Source: Neocallimastix sp. 'constans' (taxonomy: Eukaryota). From it: a stretch of 64,000 bases of DNA. A model generated the notes under the pieces. That model was not told the DNA's origin and searched no databases. It worked only from the letters and a program-made list of their open reading frames with translations. The position numbers and the translations under genes are program-made. Positions 51,853 through 64,000 of this stretch are shown here, piece by piece (the stretch's first letter is position 1; each line of letters starts with the position of its first letter). The DNA is taken from NCBI GenBank assembly GCA_050613775.1, contig JBODTK010000012.1, forward strand, positions 620,001-684,000, written 5' to 3'.

Positions 51853-52868
51853 TTATTGGAAAGTAACAGTTTGTTGTGTTGGTAAAGAGGATATTATCAT
51901 TGGTTGTTGAGTGGGTGTATTAACCGTGTAGTAGATAGTACTAGGAGAAGATGCCATTGGAGCGGTCGGTATAGAGGTTTGGTTATTTTCAATGGAATAA
52001 TAGGGATAATTTGATGAGCTGACAATAGTTACAGGTATTGAATAATATAAAACTTGGGAATTTCCATTTGATAAAGAAGTATCATAGTAATAGTAATTAC
52101 AATTATTATTATTATTTATATTAATATTATTATTATTATTATTCAAAGAATCATTTGAAAATGTTGAATAGGTTTGAGGAATTGTACTAATTTCTGAATT
52201 TGCACTATTATAGTTGTTAATTATATAATATATTACTTCTGAAGTACTATTTAATGGTTTTGAATTATTCATAGTATCATTTACAACGTCATTATCTACC
52301 TACAATAGATAAGGGTGTATTAGATGAATTGGAAGATGCTTCTTCATTAACTTGAGAATTATTACTTTCAGTGAAGGTAGGAGAAGGAAAATTTGAGCTT
52401 TGTGAAATGTTATCATTAATTTGTATATTACTTTCAATAGAGATAGGAGATGAAATCAATGGATAGGTTGGACTATTATTAGTTTTTTTGGAATTGGAAT
52501 CAGCATTTATAATTTCTTTATTTTCAGAATATGTTATTTCGGCTAAATCCTTTTTTTTCATGGTATTATCTTCATAGTGACATATAGAATGATATTTTTT
52601 ATCTTGATAAAGTTCTTTCCAAACATTACTAATAAGGGAAGTATTAATTTCACCAAGTCTATTTTCTACTTTTCTAAGTACAGTCTTCCATAAAAACTTA
52701 ACTTGCTCTTGAGTTTTAGTTAAAACTGATATGGTTCTACATAAACGTTCATAATCTTTTTTTTTTTTTATTAATTAATAAATTATAAAAATTAAAAATA
52801 AAAGTAAAAGTAAAAATAATTATTATAAATTTATATATAAATATAAATATAAATATCTTTATAATAAA

Positions 52869-52917
<49 letters not shown>

Positions 52918-53461
52918 AATTTTTTTTTTTTTTTGATATTTACTTGGTAAAATTTTAAATTCTTTAAGTTGATCAAGTACTTTTGCTGAAAGTAAATAAC
53001 GATAAGCTTCTGTTTAACATATTTATAAGTAATATTTAAAATTTTAAGAAATTAATAAAATTATTAGCAATTAATTTTTTTTTTCTTTTTTTTTTTTTTA
53101 TGTTATTTTATTTAAAATTTTAAATTATTTGAAAGAATATATATATATAAATATAAATGTATAAAATACATACGAGCTTTCGAAATATTCCAATTCTTTT
53201 TAACATAGGAATTTAATGTATAACCGTGTTTTCGATAATCTTTAGAGTTTATAGCTTTTTGAATACTATTAACTAAATTAATGAATGATTTTTGTTTTCT
53301 TAAATAGATTGTTAATGAACTAGAAATTTTTTAATATTAATTTAAATATATATATATATATTATATAAATTTATTATTAGTAATTTATTTTCCTTTTTCA
53401 TAAAATAGTATTTAATTTTTTTTATATTTAATTATTACCTTTCAGAGTAGTAATTAATCAT
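51853..53461 (-). CDS. Putative transcription factor, paralogue B, 4 exons; frameshifted in exon 4 (possibly a truncated allele or pseudogene)
   Basis: Exons 53461-53439, 53319-53174, 53009-52944 and 52755-51853, with the same intron positions and phases as A. A 4-bp duplication (CTAC CTAC at 52296-52303) causes a stop at 52292, and the conserved C-terminus continues in another frame. Confidence 0.8.
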
Positions 53462-55784
53462 TTTAATATATTAATATGCAATCAAAAAATTTTTCACAAT
53501 AGCTATAAAATTTTAAATATTAAAAATTCTATTTTATTATTTTTAAAAAGTATTAACAATAACAGAATATTGATATAAATATAAAGTATTTTAAATTTTT
53601 ATTGTGTTTTTTTTTTTTTTAATTTTATTATTCAATAACTTTTATTTTAATAATATAAACAATTTATATTTAATTTAAAAATAATGAAAAAAAATAAAAA
53701 TAGCAAAGAAAAACAATGCTTTTATACTAAAATAATAATTTTTATTTATTTTTAATTTTATTATTTAATTGAATCTAAAAATATTTTACTTCAGTGTTTT
53801 TTTTGAATGGGAATTATTTAATTTTTTTTATGTAAATAAATTTTAATATATATTACCCAATAAAATTAAAGTAATAAATGAAAGTAAAATTAAAAAAAAA
53901 AAAACAAAAAAAAATTAATATTCCTATAAATATAAATTAATATAAAAAAAAGTTATTAATAATTCAATAAATTTCCGTAAAAATAAAATTTCATTAATAC
54001 TAATTATTAATACTAATGTTTATCTCGGAAAAATGTTTAAATTTTAAATATTATTAAAAAACCCCCGTAATTAAAATAATATTTATTTATTTATAGTTCT
54101 AGGAAAATTTAATATTTTTTTAATTTATATTATTTCTAAATTAAAATAAAAAATATTAAATAAAATTTAATATTTAACTATAATTTATATTAATTTTTTT
54201 TCTATTTATATATATGGTTTTATAAAAAATTATTAAAAGAAAAAAATATATTTTTTTTATCTAAATATATATAAATAAAAAAAATACAAAATTAAACTCT
54301 ATTTAATATATAATATAACTATCCATTTTTCTTATTAGTTCAATAAATATCATAAATAAAAATTTAAAATAAATAGAGTTTAATAAATTCTTTTAGATTA
54401 ATAATAATTAAAGTTTAAAATTTTTTTTCAAATGATATTTATATACATAACAAATATTTTTTTCGTTAAAAAAAAAAAAAAAAAAAAAAAACATGATATT
54501 TGAAACATTAAATAAATAAATTAGTTCAAATATCATGATTATTTTTTAAATGGTTATAAAATTTCAAGTTATTTAAAAAATTTTACAAAACTTATATAGG
54601 TTTATATATAATAAATATTTGTTTAAATTAATAGTTAATAAATATTAAAAAGTTAATAGTTTTTAAACCTTTCAAATATAATAAAAATAAAAATAATATG
54701 TATTATATATTTATATATATTAAAAAAAAAAAAAATAAAAATTTAAATAATAATCATAACAATAATTATAATAATAATAATGATAATAAAAATTATAATA
54801 ATAATAATAAAAATTATAATAATGATAATTGATAACCTATTATTTATTATTAAATTTATGATTAAAGGTTATGTTAGTCAAAGAGTTCTTTGTTAAGGAA
54901 TATTTGATCTTTATGAAATAACTATTTTTTTAATAATCATAAAATTTTTTTTAAAATTAAATACTAAAAAAAAAACAAATAAATAAATAGCTTTCTCTCT
55001 AAAAGTATTTAATTATTAAAAAGTTAACATTTTCACCAATATACCTAATAGATGATAAAACATTTTCTATTTATGTAGTTATTTATTATTTTATTTATTT
55101 ATTTATCTTTTCTTTATTAAATCTCTCTTTTAAAAAGTCCACTTTTGTTTATTTTATTATTTATATCCTTTTATAATTTTTTTTTTAGTTATTTAACTAT
55201 TTCTATTTCTATTATTATTATATTAATACAAATTTATTGAATATATTTCAATATAAATAATATAAGAATATACTTTTATACTTTTAAGAAGAAATAATTT
55301 AATACATTGTAATACATTTTATATTTACTTTTATATAAAAAATTCCATATCAATAATTATAATAATATATAATCATTATAATAATCATAATTGTAATAAT
55401 AATAATAATAAATATGATAAATATTATATTAATAATTATTATTATTAAAATAATATAAATACAAAATTATAAATCTTTTAATATTCCAATATTTTGTGTT
55501 GACGCTTAAAATATTGAATAATTATTAAATATATATTGTTATCATATATTTTAAATATATTATTGAAATAATAATTATAAAAAATAAAAGTAATTTATAT
55601 TTATTTATTTTATTTTTATTTATTTATTTATTAATTTATTAATAAATAAAAAATATAGGATGTATAAAATAATGTAATTTTTATATTTTTGAAGTATGAA
55701 ATCTAAAGGTATTAATTTATATTTTAAATAATGCTAATAATTTATAATTTTCGAAATGATTAAATATATACTACATATTTTAAA

Positions 55785-55830
<46 letters not shown>

Positions 55831-56313
55831 AAAATGTATAATAATGTATAATAATTATTAGTACTTAATCTTTTTTTTTAAATTATGAATAAATACTCAT
55901 ATTTTTTTTTATTTGGAAATGGTATTATATATATATATATTTAAATTTTAAAATTTATATTTTATATTTTATTTTTATATTTTATACATATATATATTTT
56001 TATTTTATATATTTTTTATTTTTTATGGTTATTATTATAATAATAATTTAAATAAAAATTAAATAGATTAATATTGTTACCAAAAATATATGCTATACAT
56101 ATGTTTATAATTAAATTCTATATTACTCCAAAAATAAAAAATTCAAAAAAAATTTCTATAATATATATATATATATATATAGAAATTAGTTAACGTATTT
56201 CATAAAAATAATAAAATAATTAATAAAATAATTTTTTAAAATGTTTATTAATTTTTTTCATAATAATGAATCTTAAATTTTTTTTTTTTATTAAAATATT
56301 TTTCATTAAATTT

Positions 56314-57342
56314 TTAAAATAAAACAAGAGGTTGTTGAGGTGATACAGTGGAATATATTACTTGTTGTGGAGTTTGTGTAGTAGTAACTACATAGTAGAC
56401 ATTATCATATGAAGTAGCTGGTACAGTTTGAAGAATAATTTGTTCATTAGAAATGGGGTAATTATTATTATTATTGCTGTTAATAGGTGAATTTATAGCA
56501 GGTAAAGTAATACAGGAAGTTTGGGAATAGGCTGAAGTTTGAGAATAGTTTGAGGCTTGAGAATAATTTGAAGCTTGAGAATAGTTTGAAGCTTGAGAAT
56601 AATTTGAAGCTTGAGAATAAGTAGATTCACTAATACTAGTGTTTGAAGAAGAAACGGGGTATTGTTGTGAGCTATTCATATAGGAAGTTATATTATGATT
56701 GTTCATTAGTATAGGACAATTGTAAGTATTTTGTGAATTATTATTGTTCATTATGATTTGATTATCAATAATTGGAGGTGAAGGAATGTATGTAATTTGT
56801 GAATTATTGTTGTAATTGCAATAATTATTATAATTATTATTACTAATTTGAATATCCGTATTTGGTGGAGAAAGGATGTATGAAGTATTATTAAGATTAT
56901 TATTAATTTTTGTTTCATTAATTTTTGGTTTTCCTTGAATATTTTTATTAATTTTATTTATTCTCTTTATACTTTTCTTTTCAATTTTTTTATTAATTTT
57001 TTTCTTTAAATTAGTCTTTTCCATCATTTTACTATTTTTTATTATTTCATCGAGTGATTTTTCAATATTAATGTTCATGTTATTTTCTTGACCTGTTTGG
57101 GAACAAATATGACTATATTTTTCATCGTTACAAAGTTCCTTCCAAAAACTGGTGACATTTGCACTAGTGAGTTCTTCAAGTCTATTTCCTACTTTACTAA
57201 GAGTAGTTTTCCATAAAAGTTTAGTTTGTTCTGGGGTCTTAGTCAATTCAGATAGAGTTCTACATAAACGTTCGTAATCTAGATTTGAATATTAATTAAA
57301 TTATATATTTGTTAAATAAAATCAATCTATAATATTAAAATA

Positions 57343-57379
<37 letters not shown>

Positions 57380-57916
57380 AATATTTTGTATATAATATAT
57401 AAATACTTACTTGGTAAAATTTCAAATTCTTCAAGTTGATCAAGAATTTTTGCAGAAATTAAATAACGATAGGCTTCTATAATATTTTAAATAAAAATAC
57501 ATATATTTTAATATATTTAATATTTAAAAATAAAAATAAAACTAATTTTATATATATATATATATATCATTCATATATTTTAAAATGCTTACGAGCTCTA
57601 GAAATATTCCAGTATTTCTTAGCAAAAGCTTGAAATGTGTATCCTTGTTTTTTATATGATTTTGTACTTAAAGAATTTTGAATGCTTTTTATTAAACTTT
57701 TAAATTTTCTTTGTTTTGCAAGATAAACAGTCAATTGACTATATATATTTATATATATATATATATATATAATTGTAAAAATTATTAATAATTTATTTAA
57801 TATAATTTATTAATATTTTGATTATATATTTTTAAAAAAATTTTATATAAATATTTTTTTCTATAATATTTAAAGTGCTATTATTATTACCTTTCATTTA
57901 AATTTCTTTCAGTCAT
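56314..57916 (-). CDS. Putative transcription factor, paralogue C, 4 exons
   Basis: Exons 57916-57891, 57738-57593, 57476-57411 and 57278-56314. Product: MTERNLNESQLTVYLAKQRKFKSLIKSIQNSLSTKSYKKQGYTFQAFAKKYWNISRAQAYRYLISAKILDQLEEFEILPNYERLCRTLSELTKTPEQTKLLWKTTL..., with a Lys-rich NLS-like patch, (YSQASN) repeats and the conserved C-terminal motif. Confidence 0.85.
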
Positions 57917-59209
57917 CTTTAAAGTATATTTTAGCTTTAAATATTGATGAAGAAATATTTATAAATTATTGATTATTTTTTTTTTTTTTAAATATTGTTA
58001 TATTTTACGATATTAATTATTTTGTTAGCTATAATTTTTACAATTTATTGCTTTGTGTAATGTTTGTATTATTGAAATTTATATAATAATTTAAAAATAA
58101 TAATAATAAAAAAAAAAAGGAAAATAAAGAAAATTTTTTGAATTTATATACCATTAACTTTTTTTTGAATATTTATTATTATTAATAATATTTACATATA
58201 TATTTTATATATTTTTAAAATTATTATATTAAATAAAGTATTTATTTTTATAATTTAAATAGAATGCAATTTATTATTATCAAATAGATTTAAGAATATT
58301 TTTAAATAAATTAAAAAAATTCATATTATTTTCCATGTTAATATGAATAAGTGAAATTAAAAAAAAAAATAAATAAATAAAATAATAACTAATATTAAAA
58401 ATGGTTTAATATTTAATATTTTTAACAATGAAAAAAAAAAAATATATTTTATTAATAAATAAACTTTTTTATATTGTAAGTAATATAGAAAAAAAATTAA
58501 TATTGTAAGTAATATAGAAAAAAAATTAAAGATTAAGAATTTAAATAATAATAAATATTAATACTTTAATACAATTAATATTAAAAATGTTTATATCAAA
58601 AATATAAACGTAAATTTTTTTTAATTAATTATGGTAATACTTTTATTAATTACATGTTTATTATGAGTATTTCATTATTGTATAATAAATAAAGTTTATT
58701 AATATATATATTGTTTCTTAATTAAGAATATTTGAAAATTTTATTCCAAATATTCCTTTTTTATATATAGATATGAAAAATTTTACATAATTTTAAAATT
58801 TAAAATAATAACTTTGTAAATAATACTTTATTGGTTTATCTATTATTTCTATTATTCATTATATATATATATTTTTTTAAAGTTCTATCTATTAAATTCT
58901 ATCTATAATTATTTTTGAGATTTACGAAGTAAATTTTATAATTAATAAAATTTATTAAAATAATTTATATATATATTTTTTTAGTAAAACTTTATTCCAA
59001 ATATTCCTTTTTTACGTATAAAATTTTACATTATATTTAAATTTAAAAATAAACAATATCATAAATTATACATATATAATTTATGATATTAGTACATATA
59101 TTTTATATGTTTCATTTTTTTTTTAATCATTAAAATATTGATTTATTACCATTTTAAAATTTATCTATTGGTTTAAAAAATTATTTCTTGCCCAGTTTAA
59201 AGAATTTTT

Positions 59210-59243
<34 letters not shown>

Positions 59244-60491
59244 TTTAATTATAATATTATTATAATTTTAAACATAAAATAAATAAATAAAAAAATAAAA
59301 TACTCTATATTGTTAATAAATATATATTATTCAATTGATAAAATATTATTTTGATTTATAATAATAAGCTCTATATATAATTAAAATATATACTATAAAT
59401 TAAATAAAATTTCATAAAATATTATATATAATTCTAAACATTCGTGAAATTTTGAAACCATTTTGAATCTTTCAAGACAATTACTCTAATAATTAAAGAA
59501 AAAATAATTAATTTTAAATCAGTTATATTTAGTTGCATTGTTGTTAAATATACTTCAAATAAGTTATAATAAAATATTATAATTTTTTTTATAAATATTA
59601 TTTAAAATTTTATATAAAATAAAATATTCCAATTCATTTTTTTAATAATCTTAATTTTTATAAAAATTTTCTTATTAATTTAAAAAAAAAATAGAAAATA
59701 TTCGTTTTCAATTAATATTATTTAAAAGATAGAATTATTTATTTTACTAAGAATAATATAAAAAGAGAACAATAAATATATGAATATTATAAAATATAGT
59801 TATATAATATTTACATAAAATTCCAATAAAACTATTAATAAATATAATATAAAAAATATAATAAATAAATATATAAATAATTGTAATAATAAATCCAATA
59901 ATTAATGAATAAAAATTAATAATAAATAAAAAAAAATTATAAAATTTAGTTTTAATTAATTTACAATATATTTAAATATAATTTAAAATTACTAGTAAGT
60001 ATTGTGAATTTTTAACTTATTTAGTAATTTTAAATTATATTTTTATCACTATTAAACTTTTAATAAAGTTATTAATATTTTAGATAATGATTTTTTTTAA
60101 TAAACTAACTTTATCCACATTATTATGGAGATTAATAATTATGTAATTAATTAATTAATCTTTATATATCTATTTTAAGAAAATTTTATTCCAAATATAT
60201 AAAATGTAAAATTTTTCATAATTTCGATATTTAAACAACAATAAATAACAGAATTAAAAAATATTTTATTGGTTAGTATATATTAATATTTATTTATTTT
60301 TTTTTTTTTAAAAAGTTTTTATATTTTAAAAGGTTAATTAATTAATAATTTAGATGAATTTTTTTTTTTGTTAATTTTTATAATATGGAATAAAATTATA
60401 TATACTTATTATAAAATACATTTATAATTTATTTTCAAACTAAATAATTATTTTTAAGAATACTAATAATAAAAGATAAAAAAATAATTCT

Positions 60492-60950
60492 TAATAAACA
60501 AATAAATAACAATAAATAATAAATAATAAATAACAATAAATAATAAATAATAAATAACAATAAATAATAAATAACAATAAATAATAAATAATAAATAACA
60601 ATAAATAATAAATAATAAATAACAATAAATAATAAATAATAAATAACAATAAATAATAAATAATAAATAACAATAAATTATAAATAATAAATAATAGATA
60701 ACAATAAATAATAAATAATAAATAATAAATAATAAATAATAAATAACAATAAATAATAAATAATAAATAACAATAGATAATAAATAATAAATAATAATAA
60801 ATAATATATAATAAATAATAAATATAATAATAAATAATAATCAACAATCAATAATCAATAAAAAATAAATAATAATAAATAATAAAATAAATAATAATAA
60901 ATACTAAAATAATAAATAATAAATAATAAATACTATATAATAAACAATAA
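60492..60950. repeat. Degenerate (AAATAAT/AAATAACAAT)n minisatellite
   Basis: Directly visible tandem 7- and 10-bp units. Confidence 0.9.
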
Positions 60951-62164
60951 TTTGGGTTAAATTAATATCAAATAAAATAAATATAATTACCTGTTTAGAT
61001 TGGACATTTTTTATTAATTATTAATAAAATTATTAACCTTTTAAATTAAACAAACATAATAAAATTCAAACTATACTATCTTAATATATAATTAAAAGTT
61101 TACATTAATGTGGAGTTTTTTGCTATTGTTAATCACATATTTATTGATTAGTTTTATAAGTATATTATAAATAAAGTTTATAATATCAATTTCTATTGTT
61201 TTTTTATTATGAAAGTTTTATTCCAAAAATTCCTTTTTTATGTAAATAAAATTTAAAATTTTATATTTTTTGATGAAATTCTAAATAATAATAAATAAAA
61301 TACAATTAAAAAATATTTCATATATAAATTTTTATATAATTTTTATTTTTTTAATACTATAATAATAATTATCTTTTCAAATATTTTCCCATTTTTTTTC
61401 CCCATTATTCAACATTTTAAATTTTTTTCAAATATTAATTCTATTGATTAACGTTAATATATATAAATGTATGTTATATATAACAATATAAAAATCATTT
61501 TATATTTTAATCATAATTATAAATATTGGTGAAATTATAAAACTATTTTGAATTTTCTAATATAGTTATTTCAATACAAAAAAAAAAAAAAAAAAAAAAA
61601 GATAAATATATATTATATCATCTTGGGTTTAAGTTTACTATAATTAAATAGATATGAATACTAGATAAATTAATAAAATGGGTTATTAACTTATAACTTT
61701 AGTTTTTTATTTTATTTTTTTATTTAATAAAAATTATATATTTTTTCTAATTTTGTACTATATTAACACTTTTATTCATTTTTTATCTTTTAAAAAAATC
61801 TTTGTATTAATATATGCTTATTGGTAAAAAAAATAAAAATAAATAAATATAAAAATGATAATAGCTCTCACATTACTTTTAGCTTTTTTAAAAAAATATA
61901 ATTGTAATTTAATGTATAATTTTTATTTGTTCACTTTTTAATATAGTAATAGTAAAAAAAAATCTATAAATATATTTAAAATACAATAATAGGGTATTAA
62001 AAAATAGAATAAAATAATGAAGTATAATACAAGAAATTATTTTAATTGTTTCTTAAAATTATTAAAATTAAACCATTAAAAAAGTATCACCATATATAAA
62101 AATCTTTGAATATAAAATTTTATTCAAATTATATATGAAATGAAGTTTAAAGTATTGCTAAGTT

Positions 62165-62707
62165 AAACAATAAAAAATAAATAAAAAACAATAAATAATA
62201 AATAATAAATAATAAATAATAAATAATAAATAATAAATAATAAATAATAAATAATAAATAATAAATAATAATAAATAATAAATAATAAATAATAAATAAT
62301 AATAAATAAAAACAATAAATAATAAATAATAAATAATAAATAATAAATAATAAATAAAAACAATAAATAATAAATAATAAATAATAAATAATAAATAATA
62401 AATAATAAATAATAAATAATAAATAATAAATAATAAATAATAAATAATAATAAATAATAAATAATAAATAATAAATAATAAATAATAATAAATAATAAAT
62501 AATAAATAATAAATAATAAATAATAAATAATAAATAATAAATAATAAATAATAAATAATAAATAATAAATAATAAATAATAAATAATAAATAATAAATAA
62601 ATAATAAATAAATAATAAATAATAAATAATAAATAATAAATAATAAATAATAAATAATAAATAATAAATAATAAATAATAAATAATAAATAATAAATAAT
62701 AAATAAT
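62165..62707. repeat. Long (AAATAAT)n heptamer tandem repeat
   Basis: About 540 bp of near-perfect 7-mer. Shorter tracts of the same unit lie at ~38355-38470 and 60.5-60.9 kb. Confidence 0.95.
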
Positions 62708-63385
62708 ATTGTTATAATATTAATAAATTTTTATATATTAATTTATATTTTACTTTTTATATAATTATTATTTTATGTATGATTAACATTATTTATGTTA
62801 ATATCATTCTTTTATGTAAATAATTTATTTCTTATTTTTATGTAAATTACGAAATCATTTGATTAAATTTAGTATATATTTCACCTGATTATTTTTATTT
62901 TAATCTCAGACTTGTTTATATTAAATATATTAATAAATAAATAAAATTAAATATATATATAACAATAAATATTAAATAATGAATAATATTAAATAATGAA
63001 TAATATAAACAATATATAATATATAAATTATGAGAATATATTAATAATGAATAATATAAAAATAATAAAATAATAAATAATATATAAATAATTAAGAATT
63101 ATGATAATAATTATAAAAAGTAATAATTAAAACCATTAATTTAAAATTTTGCTATTTATTAAATAATTTTAATTTTTCAATAGGAAATTTTAAATTACTG
63201 AAACTATTAAGTTAATATTAATATATAACTTTATAATAATATTAATGAATTATTAATTATTAGAGTTTATATATTTAAAAGTGTTTTATAAAACAAATAA
63301 ATAAATAAATAAATATCATGCAAATTCTATAAAAAATAAAAGTATATAATCTAATTTGGTATTATTTACTATCAAATGATTAAGT

Positions 63386-63431
<46 letters not shown>

Positions 63432-63699
63432 TTCCATTTTATAATTTATATTTGTAATAGCTATTTAGAATTATTTTTAAAAAAAAAAATTATGAAAATG
63501 ATTTTTATTATTATTTATTTTAAAGCTTAAAAAATATATAAAAATTAAATAATATAACAGAAAATAAAAGAAAAATTATTTATAAATATTATTTATAAAA
63601 AATATAAAAAATTATAAAAAATAGAAATGAAAAATTTAATACAAATATAATTATTGATATTAAAGTTATTAATGCTATAATATAATAATAATCATAATT

Positions 63700-63812
63700 A
63701 GAATCATGATCATAATCATAATCTATAATCATAATCATAATCATAATCATAATCATAATCATAATCATAATCAAAATCAAAATCAAAATCATAATCGTAA
63801 TTATAATCATAT
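63700..63812. repeat. (ATCATA)n / (ATCAAA)n hexamer microsatellite
   Basis: Directly visible tandem hexamers. Confidence 0.9.
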
Positions 63813-64000
63813 TTTATTATAATAATATAATAATTATAAATTAATATAACCGAATAATTCCATAAAAAAAAAAAAAAATTTCTTTCCATATAATTATTAT
63901 GTAATATATATATATAATAGTTATATATTATACAAATAATTTCTTTTTATTACTAATTAATTATTTCTTTATTAAATATTTATATTGCAATATATTATTC

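Noticed and set aside
60491..63810. ORFs 60491-60847, 62163-62363 and 63589-63810
   Set aside because: Translations of simple tandem repeats.

Overview
Extremely AT-rich eukaryotic genomic DNA with GT-AG introns, poly-A/T and (AAT)n tracts. This composition, with giant intronless ankyrin genes and bacterial-type gene remnants, fits an anaerobic gut fungus (Neocallimastigomycota); that assignment is inference. The window holds two convergent giant intronless ankyrin-repeat genes (1966 and 2727 aa), a 3-exon coactosin/ADF-H gene, a 13-exon MCM3 gene, and an orphan 87-aa repeat protein with strongly biased codons. It also holds several decayed LINE fragments sharing an ORF2 C-terminal motif, a MITE with ~140-bp inverted repeats, and a pseudogenised bacterial-type AAA-ATPase/PD-(D/E)XK gene. 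The main find, which the ORF track misses, is a tandem array of three 4-exon paralogues at 44.9-57.9 kb plus a relic of a fourth at 2.5 kb. They encode a conserved ~140-aa basic helical domain resembling uncharacterised bacterial/phage HTH proteins, fused to an S/N/P/Q/Y-rich tail with a conserved C-terminal motif. This is a candidate lineage-specific transcription-factor family, and its long upstream regions are built from repeated modules.
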